DNA of 58,864 nt, filler included. It is 5 parts of 5 records of this genome, joined end to end, with 100 filler letters (N's around TTAATTAATTAA, not from the genome) between each part and the next. Parts side by side here need not be neighbours in the genome. Positions count along the whole stretch, not along the records: positions 51,121 to 58,864 come from SRR2962707_1460; 4 more parts are not named here. The stretch is one strand, 5' to 3'. A program made the translations under genes and the position numbers. Shown one piece after another: positions 56,757 through 58,864 of this stretch (positions within the stretch are counted from its first letter, which is position 1; each line of letters begins with the position of its first letter). The notes below the pieces were generated by a model that was not told where the DNA came from, did not search any database, and saw only the letters and a program-made list of their open reading frames with translations.

Positions 56757-56837
56757 AGGCTTGCCAATGCCATTGATTACTTGCCCCATTTGCGCTCGAG
56801 GCTTGCCAATGCTCTTGATTATTTGCCCCATTTGCGC
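56757..56837. repeat. Tandem duplication, 42-bp period, two copies
   Basis: AGGCTTGCCAATGC..TTGATTA.TTGCCCCATTTGCGC twice; encodes AQMGQIIKSIGKPR / AQMGQVINGIGKPS. Confidence 0.9.
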
Positions 56838-57387
56838 CCCATCGCACTGATACCAAAAAGGCACCAGATAGATTTGCTGGCTCGTATTGATGGAAAAAAA
56901 CATTGCTTGTGGGTGGATGTCAAAAAAAGCGGCACGGCCTGACCAGGGTGGTTCAACGAAGAGCTCAATGTTTCGCGACATGTTTTGACGGTAGTGGCAT
57001 GGCATACCATTTTCTTCCTCTGGGTTTTCAGGCAAAAGCACCTCGACGGTGCCGCTTTTGGATGCATTTACTGAAAATGCCTGCAGTGGTCGAACATGGA
57101 GTTCAGAAGGGCAAGAAATCTCCGTCGGAGATTGAACGAGACATTTGTTCCTACTTTCATTGGTGCGTTGTGGTTCCCAAAAGCCGTAACGCCAAAAATA
57201 TTTGGAGTCGCCGTTCCCGTGAGTCGAATACGTGTTTGCCACTGAAAACCCTGTTGTTCGGGTCGTAAAATATCCTGAAACTTCGAACCAGGTGAGCGCC
57301 TCCCCTACCGTGTCGGGGACGAAGGTGAGAACTAGATCCTGTCGGCCGGCGGGCGGTATGGTCACAACCTTTGTTGAATCAGCGGTC

Positions 57388-57471
57388 GAAATTAGGCGCT
57401 GTCTTTGCGTGCACGACCAAGTGCAAGAAAGAAATTAGGCGCTCCTGTCTTTGCGTGCACGACCAAGTGCA
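57388..57471. repeat. Tandem duplication, 43-bp period, two copies
   Basis: GAAATTAGGCGCT(CCT)GTCTTTGCGTGCACGACCAAGTGCA at 57388 and 57431. Confidence 0.9.
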
Positions 57472-58840
57472 TTGATGGCGAGTGATTATCGACATATATG
57501 GTCCGGGCAGACGGCACGCACGTTTCTGGGGCCCCAAAGCCAACATACGATCGCGAAAAAGAAGCTGTATGCCCTCCCGCATGTCCAACTACAATTGGCG
57601 GATCGAGCCCTGGCGTCCGTTCTGGTGCATCAGTGGCGAACGTTCGCGGAGGAAGTCCGCGTGGGGTCCACTTGACACAGGAACCAAGCAACGGCACGGT
57701 AAAAACTCCCACAGATGTGTTCAGAACAATGAAATCTCCTCAACCTGCGCGCCAAAACGAGCACAACATCCAATCTGTAAAGCCAGGCGGCCGTCCTCCA
57801 GAGGCGCAAACACTGCAAGCAAAAGCATGCTGCACGTTACCTGTTGCGAGCGGTCGATACCAACGACATGTTTCTCTGGAGCAGTCAAAATTAGTGTCCT
57901 TACAGTGTTGCTAGGGACGGTGTTTGTGACGTGATATAGCTTTGGGCGAGTATTAACGTGCAGGCGAAGAGGTGTGACCGTGTCAGTGCGCCACGTGCTG
58001 AGGTCGAAGATGGCAATCAAGTTTTCGTTGTCAGTGTTGTTCATAGAGACCAAGACATCAAATGTTGCACCGCGGTCCAAGCGTACGGGCAGGAGGCGCC
58101 CTGCAGCACCAGTGTGATTGCCGACGAAACCTTGGAGCCCGTACGGGTTCGGAACCGCCGTGAGGTTAATCCTAGTGCGCCATCGAAAGCTTGCTTGAGC
58201 TGGGTCGAGGCGTTCCTCCGTGGCAAACACAGTCTCGCTAAAATTGGCATCTTTCGATACAAACACAGCCTCGAACAGAAGTGGCAGGGCATACGCGCCT
58301 GAACGGGACGGGATGAACAGCATTTGGAAAAATCCGGTGCTGTTAGGCGGCACTGTCATAACTCGAGAAAAATATTTGCGTGATGGCCAGTAGAAAGGCT
58401 TCGACTGTAAACTGGGACAGACAGCTGCAGCAGTATTCGAGAAATCAACCGGGTGAACGTGGTGCATGGAATTAGGCGGTCATTGGAGCTCGTCAATGGC
58501 AACGCGCAAGAACTTCGTCGGCGACAGGTTGACGATTGGAATGCTAAGTGTTGTTGACGTGCAGACCATCGATGACCCGAAGTCGATCGGGTCTTCGAAG
58601 GAAAACGAGTATTCAGGCACGAGCAGATCGTGCGGGTAATATCCAGGCGTACCGGGCGAGTACCGCTCAACGGACGGCATGATCACGTTACCCGAACCGG
58701 TCCGATGTTGACACGGACTCCCAATGTGCAGACGCTGGCAGAAACACGGCTGAAAGAGTATATCGCTGCTTTGCGCAACGTTCACTTTTGTGTTTCGCAG
58801 TTCCAATTCTATTTTGTGTTTCGTGACCCCTCGCCGAAAA

Positions 58841-58864
58841 GGGGGGGGGGGGGGGGGGGGGGGG
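58841..58864. other. Terminal poly-G run, likely sequencing artefact
   Basis: 24 G at the window end; typical of two-colour chemistry no-signal calls. Confidence 0.7.

Larger units (their letters stand above)
55657..58806 (-). pseudogene. Disrupted receptor-like kinase: TMEM131-like Ig/PapD ectodomain + TM + IRE1-like Ser/Thr kinase
   Basis: Kinase motifs GGQG, VAIK, HRDLKPAN, DFG and GKHPFG; TM exon 56545-56616; ectodomain AVPNPYGLQGFVG. In-frame stops at 58480-58482, 56300-56302, 56242-56244 and 56191-56193; frameshifts near 57740 and 56460. Confidence 0.62.

Noticed and set aside
56757..57471. CRISPR array
   Set aside because: Only two-copy tandem duplications, with no spacers and no cas genes, in a eukaryotic context.
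56191..58482. Alternative genetic code or selenocysteine explaining in-frame stops
   Set aside because: All three stop types plus frameshifts occur in one gene, while other eukaryotic genes have long clean exons and end at ordinary stops.
58841..58864. G-quadruplex or functional poly-G
   Set aside because: Pure terminal homopolymer in an assembly that also retains adapter; most likely an artefact.

Overview
The window is not one locus. It is five unrelated contigs joined by identical 100-bp spacers (N44-TTAATTAATTAA-N44 at 7189-7288, 30666-30765, 39537-39636 and 51021-51120). (1) 1-7188 is eukaryotic (protist-like, short GT-AG introns) and holds a multi-exon DEP+VPS9 protein convergent with an intronless ZPR1. 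(2) 7289-30665 is alphaproteobacterial (Devosia/Hyphomicrobiales-like, by inference). It carries a LacI-regulated TctABC plus sugar-acid catabolic cluster, a DUF2271-PepSY/flavoreductase-ApbE flavinylation module with a divergent two-component system, a TauE exporter, and a Wzc-type polysaccharide locus containing a decayed IS5. (3) 30766-39536 is gammaproteobacterial (Marinobacter-like): guaA, a cytochrome c/Vgb-propeller fusion, tadA, galE, ugd, HIT, fabR and aspS. (4) 39637-51020 is eukaryotic, with a very large CABIN1/HIR3-like gene containing an internal PHD finger, convergent with an EF-hand gene, and ends in Illumina adapter sequence. (5) 51121-58864 is eukaryotic, with an LRR/coiled-coil gene convergent with a disrupted gene that appears to join a TMEM131-like ectodomain, a TM helix and an IRE1-like kinase. 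The best novelty candidates are the TMEM131-like receptor kinase, the PHD-containing CABIN1-like protein and the DEP-VPS9 protein. All family calls come from motif recognition by eye; no searches were run.
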